Source of the DNA: the human T2T-CHM13v2.0 reference genome, Homo sapiens
Assembly: GCA_009914755.4 (NCBI GenBank)
Contig: CP068257.2
Location: 40,576,001-40,640,000, forward strand
Direction of reading: 5' to 3'
DNA length: 64,000 nt
The position numbers and the translations under genes were made by a program. The notes under the pieces are model-generated. The model ran no database searches. It was not told the DNA's origin and saw nothing but the letters and a program-made list of their open reading frames with translations. Shown here one piece after another: positions 15,126 to 27,099 of the stretch (positions are counted from its first letter, which is position 1; each line of letters begins with the position of its first letter).

Positions 15126-16671
15126 TTCACCTCACTTGCCACTATAAAGCCTGCCACCAGATGTAGCTTAACTGTCACTTGCCACTCACTGATAGGGTTT
15201 TGATACGTGTCTGCAAGCAGTTGATTTATTATGGTCTCTGTGCAGTCAAACCTCTCTGCCAATGTTAATCTGTATTTGCAGCCACTCCCCAGCACGAGCA
15301 CCAGCACCTCAGCTCCACCTTAGATCATCAGGCATTAGTTAGATTTAGATTCTCATTAGAAGCGTGCAACCTAGATCCCTTGAGTGCTCAGCTCACAATA
15401 GGGTTTTCACTCCTATGAGAGTCTAATGCCGCCACTGATCTGACAGGAGGGAGAGCTCAAGCCATAAAGCTCCCTCGCTTGCCGCTCACCTCCTGCTGTG
15501 TGGCCCCATTCCTAACGGGCCACGGACTGGTCTGCAGCCCAGGGGTTGGGGACTTGTCTTACATGACAGGGTGAGCTACCCTGAGTTAATCTGAGTGAGC
15601 TTCATTCTGTCGACCTTCTTCCACTCCACCACAGCGCTACACCAACCTGAACTTCGCTTCCTGAGACCTAAGATTCAGCCCCGTGCTCAGCAGACATCAG
15701 GGATCACCGACTCTGTGCCAGGAGCTGTTCTTGATGCTGGGAACGCAGGGGTGGACAAAACAGAGAAAGCCCTGCCCTCAGGTGTGGTCAGAAGAGACAG
15801 GGAAGGATTTGGAAGCTAAAGCTCAGATCCAGACTGGGCTTGTTTCAACTCGTTCCGTGGGCCTGATGTAGTCTAGAGATGATTCTTGGTGTGGGCTGTG
15901 GGAGCTCCTGCGGTGTAGTTTGGTGAGGGGCCAGCCCGAGGCAAACTGGGGACCTGTGTCTCCAACCTTCAGCACTTCTGCCCTTCAGGGTCATCCCTCC
16001 AGGTGCCCCACCCTGGGGACTTGAACTCTGCCCTTGTCCCCCAAACCACCTTACCCTAATGCTGTGGTTCTCCTGGTCCATGCAGGGCGCAGTGTCCTGC
16101 TGAGTGTGCAGGTGCCTGTCCCTGCCCTCTGCAATGTCATCTCCATGCAGCAGCAGCGTTTACCCACGGATGGATCCCCACCCCTGGACCATGCCTGGGT
16201 ACAGGTTTTGTTCCGGTTGGTCTGCTATTGAGTATGGAGGCCAGGGTTCCACTCCAGACCCCTCTGACTCCCCTCACCAGGCTGTTCCCAGAGACTTGTG
16301 AGGGAAGTTGACAATAAATATGTAAATTCAGATGGGTTTCATGTTAGTGAAAACCTGAATATTGAAATATTACAAACCTAGGGTTGAAGATCTCAGGCTG
16401 GTGGGAGTGCCTTTGTGCATGTATCCACCCACTTTTCCTTGCAGAACTTTCTACACAACAATTCAGCACAGGAAGCATGGAGGAGTAAAGCCATCTGGGG
16501 AGAGATGAGCAGTGAAAACCGGGGGCCGGCAGGTTAGAGGAGGGGTGTGATCTCAGGGTGCAACGCTGTTGAATGCACGCCTCCCTCCCCCCATCCCTCT
16601 CTCGGCAGCTCCCAGGCAACTTAGTCACCCCCATCTTAATCTTACTCAACAGTCACAACAGTCTCTCTCCC

Positions 16672-16970
16672 TTTTTTTTTTTCGTTTGAGACAAGGTCTC
16701 GCTCTGTCACCCAGGCTGAAGTACAGGGGCGCGATCACAGCTCACTGCAACCTCTGCCTCCCAGGCTCAAGCGATCCTCCCACCTCAGCCACCTGAGTCG
16801 TTGAGACTACAGGTGCCCACCACCACGCCTGGCTAATTTTTAAAATTTTTTATAGAGATGAGGTCGCACCCTGTTGCTCAGGCTGGTCTTGAACTCCTGG
16901 GCTCAAGCGATCCTCTGGCCTCAGCCTCCCAAAGTGCTGGGATTACAGGTGTGAGCCACAATGCCCAGAC
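16672..16970 (-). mobile_element. Alu
   Basis: tttttttttttcgtttgagacaaggtctcgctctgtcacccaggctgaagtacaggggcgcgatcacagctcactgcaacctctgcctcccaggc...gggattacaggtgtgagccacaatgcccagac. Confidence 0.95.
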
Positions 16971-16974
16971 TTCA

Positions 16975-17228
16975 ACAGTCACAGCTATCTCTTGGTGTAG
17001 ACTGTTTGCTATTGGCAAAAGGACAGACACAAAGACCAATGGAACAGAATAGAAAACCCAGAATCACACCCACTCAAAGATACAAAGCAAATCAGTGCAG
17101 GAAGGACAGCTTTTCCAGCAAGCGCTGCTGATGCATTTGGGTATCCACGGGCAGAAAAAAAGAAGAACCTGGACTTAAATTTTCTTATACAAAAGTTAAC
17201 TCAAAATGCATCATAGATGTAGAACATT
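16975..17228 (+). mobile_element. L1 ORF2 fragment (+), inverted copy of 17478..17706
   Basis: …gacagacacaaagaccaatggaacagaatagaaaacccagaatcacacccactcaaagatacaaagcaaatcagtgcaggaaggacagcttttccagcaag… is L1-like. Its reverse complement recurs at 17478..17706 with about 93% identity. Confidence 0.7.
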
Positions 17229-18234
17229 GGAGAATTTTGAAAGTTCTTCAGGCATTATGAATCCTAATCCTTTGTTGGAGATGAGATTTGCAGATATTTT
17301 CTCCTGGTCTGTTATTAACACTTTTCGTCTTCTTAACAGGGTCTTTCTCAGAGTCAACATTTTTCATTTTGATGTAGTCCCGTTTATCAATTTTTCATTT
17401 TATGGGTCATGCTTTTGGAACTCTTTGGCTCCGTATCCTAAAGATTTCCTCCTAATATTTTTTCCCTGAAAGGTTATTTCACATCTATGATGCATTTTGA
17501 GTTAACTTTTATATAAGAAAATTTAAGTCCAGTTTCTTTTTTTCTGCCCGTGGATACCCAAATGTGTCAGCAGCACTTGCTGGAAAAGCCATCCTTCCTC
17601 CAGTGATTTGCTTTGTATCTTTGAGTGGGTGTGATTCTGGGTTTTCCATTCTGTTCCATTGGTCTTTGCGTCTGTCCTTTTGCCAATAGCAAACAGTCTG
17701 GATTATTGTAGCTATAAAATAAGTCTTGATACCAGGTAAGCTGATTTCTCCTCCTTTATTCTTTGTTTTCAAAATCGTTTCAACTATTCTAACTCCTTGG
17801 CCTTTCTTTAAATTTTAGACTACTCTTGTTTATATATACAGAAAATTTTGCTGGGATTTTAATAGCAATTGCATTAAACATGCATATTTTGTTGATCATT
17901 GATATTTTTACTACGTTAAGTCTTCCAATCTATAAACAGTATTTCTCTCCTTTTTTCTTTAGTTCTTTTTTTACTTCTTTTATCAGGATTTTGTAGGTTT
18001 TAGCATACAAGTCCTGTACCTGTTTTGTTACATTTACTACTAAGTATTGAATTTTGTTTGAGCAGTTGTGAATGGTGTCACGTTTTTAATTCCAGTGTCC
18101 ATGTGTTCATTGACAGAGCATAGAAATAAAATTTATGTATGTTTATCTTGTATCCTGCAACCTTGCTTGAACTCACTTATTGTTTCAGGAGTGCTTTTGT
18201 GGATAGATTGGGATTTCCTAGGTAGACAATCATG

Positions 18235-18555
18235 TCATTTGAAAATAGAAACAGTTTTGCTTTTTTTTCCCTTTCCAATCTGTCTGCCATTTATTTCCTT
18301 TTCTTGCTTTACCACACTGGCTGGAAATTCCAGCATCATGTTGAATAAGAGTGGTGAAAGCAAACATCCTTGCATTATTTTTGATATTAAGGAGGAAGCA
18401 TTGAGTTGTTCACTATTAATTATATTATTAACTGTAGATTTCTTGATGCTGTTTATCAAGTGGAACTTCTCTATTCTGATTTTTCTGAGTGTTTTAACCA
18501 TGAATGGGTAAAGAATTTTGTCAAGTGCTTTTTCTGCATCAATTGGCATGATCAT
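18235..18555 (-). pseudogene. Degenerate L1 ORF2 reverse-transcriptase remnant
   Basis: The ORF translation matches the L1 RT core motifs (see the L1 feature above). It is truncated and mutated, and lies within an intronic or intergenic L1 copy. Confidence 0.8.
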
Positions 18556-19374
18556 GTGATTTTTTTCCTCTTTTATCTATTAATATAGTATATTACATTG
18601 ATTGACTTTCAACTATTGAACCAGCCTTACGTCTCTGGAATAAACCCAACTTGAATGTGGTATATAATTTTTAAAATATATTCCTGACTCTGTCTGCTAG
18701 TATTTTGTTTGGGTTTTCTGTATTTATATTCATGAGGGCCATTGGTCTGCAGTGTAGTAGTCTTGCTGTGTTGCCCAGGCTGGAGTGCAGTGGCTATTCA
18801 CAGGCATGACAATTGTGTACTAAGGCCTCGAACTCCTGGGCTCAAGAAACCCTCTTGCCTCAGCCAATGATCAACTATAGTATTTTTAAAAAATATTATA
18901 TTTGTCTGATTTTGATACCTGGGTATGCTAACTAAATAAAATGAATTGAGAAGTATTTCTTCCTCTTCTGTTTTCTGGAGGAGATTGCCTAGAATTAGTG
19001 TTAATTTTTTAAAATGTTTGATAGAATTCTCCAGTGATATCATCTGGGCCTGGAGAATTAGGTGTTGTTTTTGTTGTTTTTTTTTTTTTGAGTTTTCAAA
19101 ACTAAATTCAATGTTCTTAATAGTTATGAGACTATTCAAATAGTCTGTTTATATTCAGTGAGTTGTAGTTTGCATCTTGCGAGGAAGTGGTTCATTTCAT
19201 CTGAGTTGTCAAATGCATGATTGCAGAGTTGTTTGTAGTGTTCCCACATTGTCCTTTGGATGCTTGTGGGATCTGTAGTGATGTCGCTTGCTCCATCCCT
19301 AATATCAGTAATTTGTATCTTCTCTGTTTTTCCTTTGCTCATCTTGCTAGAGGTTTGTCAATTTTATTGATTGT

Positions 19375-19683
19375 GGCCAGACATGGTGGCTCATGCCTGC
19401 AATCCCAGCACTTTGGGAGGCTGAGAAGGGCAGATCACCTGAGGTCAGGAATTCAAGACCAGCCTGGCTAACATGGTAAAAACCTGTCTCTACTAAAAAT
19501 ACAAAAATTAGCTGGGTGTGGTGGTGGGCACCTGTAATCCCAGCTACTTGGAGGCTGAAGCAGGAGAATTGCTTGAACCTGGGAGGCGGAGGTTATGGTG
19601 AGCCAAGATCATGACACTGCGCTCCAGCCTGGGTGACAGAGCAAGACTCCATCTCAAAAAAAAAAAAAGAAAGAAAGAAAAAC
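19375..19683 (+). mobile_element. Alu inserted in L1
   Basis: ggccagacatggtggctcatgcctgcaatcccagcactttgggaggctgagaagggcagatcacctgaggtcaggaattcaagaccagcctggc...aaaaaaaaaaaaagaaagaaagaaa. Confidence 0.95.
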
Positions 19684-20132
19684 AATTTATTGATTATTTC
19701 TAAGAACCAGCTTTGTGTTTCATTGATTTTCTCTACTGGCTTTCTCTTTTCAATTACATTGATTTCTGTGATTATTTGCTTTCTTTTCTGATTTTTCTCT
19801 CCTTTTTCTACATTCTTGAGGTAAGAGTTTCAATTATCATTTTGAGAGTTTTCCTCATTTCCAATGTATATGAATTCAGTGCTATAAATTTCCCTTTCCC
19901 GACTGTTTTAGTTGTGTCCCACAAATTTTGATATTTTTATTTTCATTTTTCATGTATTTTTATTTTCATTTTCATTCAGGTAAATGTATTTTTATTGCCC
20001 TTCAGACTCCCTCTTTGCCTCATAAATTATTTTAAAGTATGTTGTTTGGATTCTAACTGTTCAGAAGTTTTTCTTATATCTTCCTGTTATTGATTTCTAA
20101 TTTGATTTCACTTTGACCAGAAAACACAGTCT

Positions 20133-20586
<454 letters not shown>

Positions 20587-20648
20587 TTATATAAATATTG
20601 ATTAGATCCTATTGATGAATGGTGTTATTGAGTTCTTCTATATCCTGG

Positions 20649-20783
20649 TACTACAGGCATGGTGCCACCACATCTGGATAATTTTAAAATTTTTTGTAGA
20701 CATGGGACCTCACTATGTTGCCCAGGCTGATCTCAAACTCCTGTGCTGAAGCAATCCTCCTGCCTCAGCCTCTCAAAGTGCTG
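20649..20783 (-). mobile_element. Partial Alu (right-arm fragment)
   Basis: ctacaggcatggtgccaccacatctggataattttaaaattttttgtagacatgggacctcactatgttgcccaggctgatctcaaactcctg...cctcagcctctcaaagtgctg. Confidence 0.8.
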
Positions 20784-23700
20784 TCCTTCTTGATGTTCAA
20801 AGTTTCATTCTTTTACCATTTTATTTATGTTTAAATAACTTCATTTCATCATTATTTTAGGTTATGTCTATGAGTGACACATTTTCTTAGTTTTTCTTTA
20901 TCTGAGAATATCTTGATTTCTGGGTGGCCAGTTTTTTTTTTTTTTCTTTCAGGAAATAAAAAATGTTGTGCTAATTCTTTCTGTCTTCTTCTATTGTTTT
21001 CAGTGAGAAATATGCTGTCATGTAAATTGCTTTTTCCCCTATAGGTAAGGTATTGTTTCTCTCTCATTCCCTTTAAGATTTCTTCTTTGTCTTCCGTTTT
21101 CAGAAATTTGACTGTAATATGTCTTGGTATAGTTTTATTTGGGTTTATTCTGTGTGGAGTTTGCTAAGGTTCTTGAATCTGTAGGTTTATATCTTTTGGT
21201 AAGTTTGAGAGGTTTTCAGCTGTTATTTCTTTGATTACTTTTTAACCCCTCAGCCCCACTTCTGGGCTTCTGTTAGATCTGTATATACAGTCCTACAGGC
21301 CCCTCAAGTTGTGTTCATTTTTTGTTCAGCTTGTTTTTCTCTGTTGTTCAGATTTGATGATTTCTATTGTTCCATTTCCCAGTTTATTAATTTTTTCCTC
21401 TGTACTTTCCATTCTGCTATTAAGCCCATCTGCTGAGTTTTTAATATTGGTAATCCATTCTAAACTTTCTATTTTGTTCTTTTTATCTTCTATTTGTTTG
21501 CTAAGACTTTCTACTTTCTATTTTATTTTTTCAAGTCTGCTCATAATTGCTCACTGAAGCATTTTTATGATGGCTGCTTGTTAACATTTGTTGGATAATT
21601 CTAACACTGCTGTCCTCTTTGCATTGGCATGCATTGATTGGCATCCATCCATTAATTGGCTTCTCTGACATCACTGTGGGAGGGGACGGGGGCACGGCAC
21701 TGCCACCTTACTACCAGGCAAGGGTAGAAGTCCAGGTTCCCTGCTCAGCCTTTGTTGACACCCAAAAGAGGGGCTCCTCATTACCACTGGATGGGGGTTG
21801 AAGTTCTGGCTTTCCATTTGGCCTCTACTGATACCTCCCTAGCTGGGGGAGGTAGAAGACCTTAACTACTGTTCCCCACATGGTCTTCATGACATCACAG
21901 GGTGATGAGTATCCTTGTTACCCTGGGTGGTGGTGAAAGTCCTGACTCTACTGGGTCTCCTGTCACCACCCCAGCAAGGTGGACGAGGAGCTTCTCATTA
22001 GTGCCCAGTGGGAGCAGAAGTCCAGACTTCCTAATTGGCCTTCTCTGACACATATATTATGGCTAGAAGAGTAAGAGTTGGTTTATGTGCCTAATTACAG
22101 CCTGAGGAGGGTGGAAATCTGAACTCCCCACTCTTTCTTTGCTGGCATGGGCAGACATTTGACCACAGTTTATTCTGGAATGTTTGGTTGAAGCAGAGAA
22201 GTTATTGTCTAAAAATTTTCTGTCCTCTAGGTTCCCCTTTTCCTATTCTTTTGGCTAGAGAGAGCAGGCTTTTGTTGGGACTTTTTTTTTTTTTTTTGGT
22301 CTGTGCTCATTTGCATTTCCAGGTTTTCAGCTTCTTCAACTCAAACTCTGGGACATATGATGCAAAACAAAAATCTAGGGACCTCACCACAGTGTGGCTC
22401 TTTGGGTCCCAAGAACCCTGGATGGTTTGCCTTCCTTTTCCTATCTTCTAGAGTCTCCTTATGTTGGTTTTGTGTAATATCCAAGGTTTTGAATTGTGCT
22501 TAGAGGGAGAAGTAGGGAAAAATATGTCTATTCCATCTTCCCACAAGCCTGTCCTATGACCTTGAACAGATTGAACTTGTGCTCCTTGTAGAAATCTGCC
22601 CATTTGGAATAGGTTTGCCGTCTTCACCCAATAAATACCTGATAGCAGTGAACGTGTGGAAAAGATACTTAGCCAGGTGCTAGGAGACCTGGATCCTTTT
22701 TCGGGGCTTTATGGCCCTAAGGAGGTTACAAACCTCAGGGAGCCTCCATTTTCTTTTTTTCATGTAGCAGGATAATTTACTGAGATAATTTATGATGTTA
22801 ATTTTCCCTGCTCTAGCAATTTTCCCCTCCCTTTAAAAAGTAGTCATGTCTTTTTTTCTTTTTTAAAATGAGTTGTTTTTCTCCTAAAGCCTTTAGGGAG
22901 TTGCAGGACCTGAGGCAGAAGTTTCCAGGCATGCAGAAGATAATCTCTCTAATCAAACTTTTGCTTTTGAAAGCTTAGGCTCCACAAGGTGACTGCCCCA
23001 GGCCCTCCTGGAGAGGAGGAATGCAGAGCTGGGGTTCTGGGGGAGGGAGGCAGGAGGGTCAGGAGAAATGTCTCGGAGCCTGGAAAGGGGAGCTGTGGAG
23101 TCTGCAGGCACCAGGAGAGCTCAGAGGTCTCAGGGAGGCAAGAGGACTTCTGCTCAGGTGATCAGGGGGCTGAGTCCACAGAACACTTGAACTGTGGCCT
23201 TTGGAGCCATGGAGAGTTGATCTGGACCTGACCTGGGCTTGGCATGGAGGAGCTGCCTCTGAGGGACCAGGCACAGATCATCTGACTGATAGAAATAGCA
23301 AAATGTGGGCTGCCTGGTGCCTGGTGTGAAAGTGTAAAACCCATGAGGGTCCAGCGATGGCACCTGCCCTCCTACCCCACAGGGCGTTCTGAGGCAAAAT
23401 GCAATCATGCACATTACAACATTTTCTAAAGCACTCGAGGTTGTCCAAACATAACTCATGGTTTTTATTAAGCACCTACTCCAGCTAGGCTCCGTGCTGG
23501 GAATGATGTTAGAGCAAAGCAATATTAGTGAGATGCTGGAATTTATCATCTCTTTGGAGAGATAATGCATATACTGGGTGAAGAAAAAGCTAAGGGTTAG
23601 AGGGTCAATCTAGAAACTACTTGTAAGGATTTTCTCATAGAGTGGCTTTGGGCCTCTGACTTTTAACTTCCTTGTCAAACTGATGATCGTAATCAAGACT

Positions 23701-24997
23701 TCTTAGCTGCAAGTGACTGAAATCTAATTCATACTAGTTCAAGGTCAGAAGGGAGAGTAGAGGATCCCGTAACAAAGAATAATAATAGTGAGCACCAGCA
23801 TTTATAAGATGCACACTATGTGCCGGCCATGGCTTTCAAATGCTGACACCTCTCATCCTTGAAACAGTCTTCTGAGGTGAACAGGATGGATCATCAGCCC
23901 GCTTAATAGCTGAGGTCACAGGGGCACAGAGAAGAACGAGTTTGTTTAAAGAGCCGCCATCTGGCTCTGGGGCCCAGCACTTATCAAAAGTTAAAAATGG
24001 TTGCCCAGCCACTTGGGAAGGGCCAATGATGGACAATGGGTGTGAACTCGGGAGGGCAGGATGTAGGGGCTCCAGCGATGAAAGGGCTGATGAAAGGGCT
24101 TTGTCACTTCCTTCGTCTCCGGCTCTACTTCCCTGGGGGTGTTTACTTAATTCCTAGCCAGACAAACACTCTCCTTACATCAATGCCAAAAGGGAACAGG
24201 GAAAGAAACCCTCTCCCTCTTAGGGTCCAGGAAGTCCCTGCGAGAACTCTGATGGCCCTGCTGGGTTGTGTATCTTTTCCAGAACATCAGTAGTGGCCAG
24301 AGGGATGGAATGTTCTGGGAGGCTCCAGGTGGGGGTTGAGTTCTATGGTTGACCACACGGAGTCAGGGGTGGGAGGTTCCTTGGAGGAAACGTGGGGTAC
24401 ACAGTGGTTCCAGTTACTTCCTAGCAGGTATTTGTTATGGGTGTGATGGGAAGCTTTTAATTATTTGTGGGAAGGAGGCCTCCAGTAATTTTCCGGTATC
24501 TGTCTCTGAGACTTCTGTCTTAATCTTCAACTTTGAAGGTCATCTTGGGGCCAGATGTTATTTACTCTTTCTTCATTTGAAGAAATGGTTTCCTAGATCT
24601 TTCCCAGCCACTCTTGATTCCATGCTAATGGAAGAAAACAAAAGGAATTTGTCTGTAATACTTAACTTGTCTTGTCTTAACTTAATCTATGAAATATCTA
24701 CTTGCAGTTTTTCCCCTGAAACCATCTCTCATCATCTGTCTTGCCACCATAGCTTCCAGGCATCTGCCGCCCCCCTCCCTCCACCCTGCACCTCCCTGCC
24801 TCCTTGATTTCCCTCATCTCATGGCCCCTCCTTTGCACTGACCTCCCACAGGCTGTGTGTGCTTGGTGAAGAAGGGGTCCTCTCTATAGCTGGGCTGGCT
24901 CACCAGAGGAAGCGAAGGAGCGTATCTGGATGCTGGAGACAGAATACCATTGAAGTCAAGAGTGCCAGCAAAATAGGAAACAAACAGTGGAGATTAA

Positions 24998-25315
<318 letters not shown>

Positions 25316-25654
25316 TCAGCATTCCCATTTCTTTCAAATGAACCAACACACAGAGTTGCTATTTGGTGTATCCAACCAGCCTTATGCTGCTGCCCTCCCT
25401 GATGACATGGTCTCTGTGTCTGACCCACTTTCCCAGGCTTCTGCTTGAAGGGCTAAGGCATGGTTTTCCTCTGCTCCTGTTCTTCTTCCTTTCTCCACTC
25501 ACCTTTCCCTTCCTCCTTCCTTCCTCTCTCTGTCTCTACCTCTCTTCTTTCCTTCCTTACTTTCTCCCTGCTATGATCCAAATGTTGGTATCCTCCCCAA
25601 ATTCATATGTTAGAACCTAATACCCATAGTGACAGCATTAAGAGATGCGATCCT

Positions 25655-25995
25655 GGGCCTGGCCTGGTGGCTCATGCCTGTAATCCCAGCACTTTGGGAG
25701 GCCGAGGCAGGTGGATCACCTGAGGTCAGGAATTCAAGACCAGCCTGGCCAACATGGCGAAATCCTGTCTCTACTAAAAATACAAAAAAAAAAAAAATTA
25801 GCTGGGCACGGTGGCATGCGCTGGTAATTCCAGCTACCTAGGAGGCTGAGGCAGGAGAATCGCTGGAATCTGGGGGGCAGAGGCTGCAGTGGGCCGAGAT
25901 TGTGCCACTGCACTCCAGCCTGGGTGACAGAGCAAGACTCTGTCTTAAAAACAAAAATCAAAAAACAAAACAAAACAAAACAATAACAAAAAAAG
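25655..25995 (+). mobile_element. Alu
   Basis: ggcctggcctggtggctcatgcctgtaatcccagcactttgggaggccgaggcaggtggatcacctgaggtcaggaattcaagaccagcctggccaacatggcgaaatc... Confidence 0.95.
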
Positions 25996-26240
25996 AGATG
26001 CGGTCCTTGGGAAGTGATTAGGCCATGAGGAATGGGATTGACGAACTTATTAAATGGTTTGAAACAGGTTGAAAGGAGCCCCTTTCCTTTCTACCACGGG
26101 AGGGCACAGAAGGCACACCTATGAGGAACAGGCCTCCAGACACTGCATTTTCTGGCGTCTTGAATTTGGACTTCCCAGCCTCTAGAAGTGTGAACAATAC
26201 ATTTCTGTTGTTTTTAAGTTACGCAGTCTAAGGTATTTTG
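25996..26240 (+). repeat. Interspersed LTR/MER-like repeat (family not resolved), with a second longer copy at 28150..28500
   Basis: Both copies carry …gaggaacaggccc/tcc…ctggagtttgaccttggacttcccagc(t/c)tc(c/t)ag(t/a)g…gaacaata(c)(a/c)tttctgt(t/a)gttt…cagtcta…tat(t)ttgttataG…agactaagaca. This is a widespread human repeat whose family I cannot name with confidence. Confidence 0.5.
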
Positions 26241-26656
26241 TTATAGGAGTCCAAATGGACTGAGACAGAAATTGGTACCAAGAAGCAGAGTGTTGCAGAG
26301 ACAAAGACCTGCAGATGTGGAAGAGGCTCTGGAACTGGATAATGGGCAGAGGCTGGAAGAGTTTAGAGGAACAGGCTCAAAAGGCCTGGACTGCCAAGAG
26401 TGGACATAAAGGGTGATCCTAGTGAGGGCTGAGAAGAAGACACAGAGCCTCCGAGATTATGTAAGTGGCTGTGATCAGAATGCTGATAGAAGTATGGATG
26501 GTAAAGGCCACTCTGTTGAGGTGTCAGACAGAAATGAGGAACGTGTTACTGGAAACGGGAGGAAAGGCCATTCTTGTGACAGAGGGCAGAGGACTTGGCT
26601 GAACTGTTTGTGTCCTCATGTTCTGTGAAAGTCAGAGTGGCAAGGGATGAACTTGA

Positions 26657-27099
<443 letters not shown>

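Larger units (their letters stand above)
14534..15565. mobile_element. Palindromic non-autonomous DNA-transposon-like element (MER-type), split by later insertions
   Basis: Left end is aggggtccccaaactttttggcaccaaggactggtttcacagaagacaatttttccatggtttggggg. Right end is ...ttcctaacgggccacggactggtctgcagcccaggggttggggac. The termini are reverse-complementary, and the middle is interrupted by an Alu (14655..14946) and an L1 3' fragment. Confidence 0.5.

Noticed and set aside
13080-16670. Searched for an upstream 'promoter A' CpG island or first exon of ABCG1 in the distal flank
   Set aside because: No CpG-dense region exists anywhere in 1..32000. The unique stretches 13080..14150 and 15570..16670 are AT-rich or moderately GC without CpG enrichment. 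The distal promoter is probably outside the window. My recollection of its distance from promoter B is too imprecise to use.
18068-18511. 147-aa + strand ORF inside the L1
   Set aside because: It lies antisense to the L1 ORF2 remnant (the real L1 frame is on the minus strand, 18235..18555). The AT-rich antisense L1 sequence gives chance ORFs.
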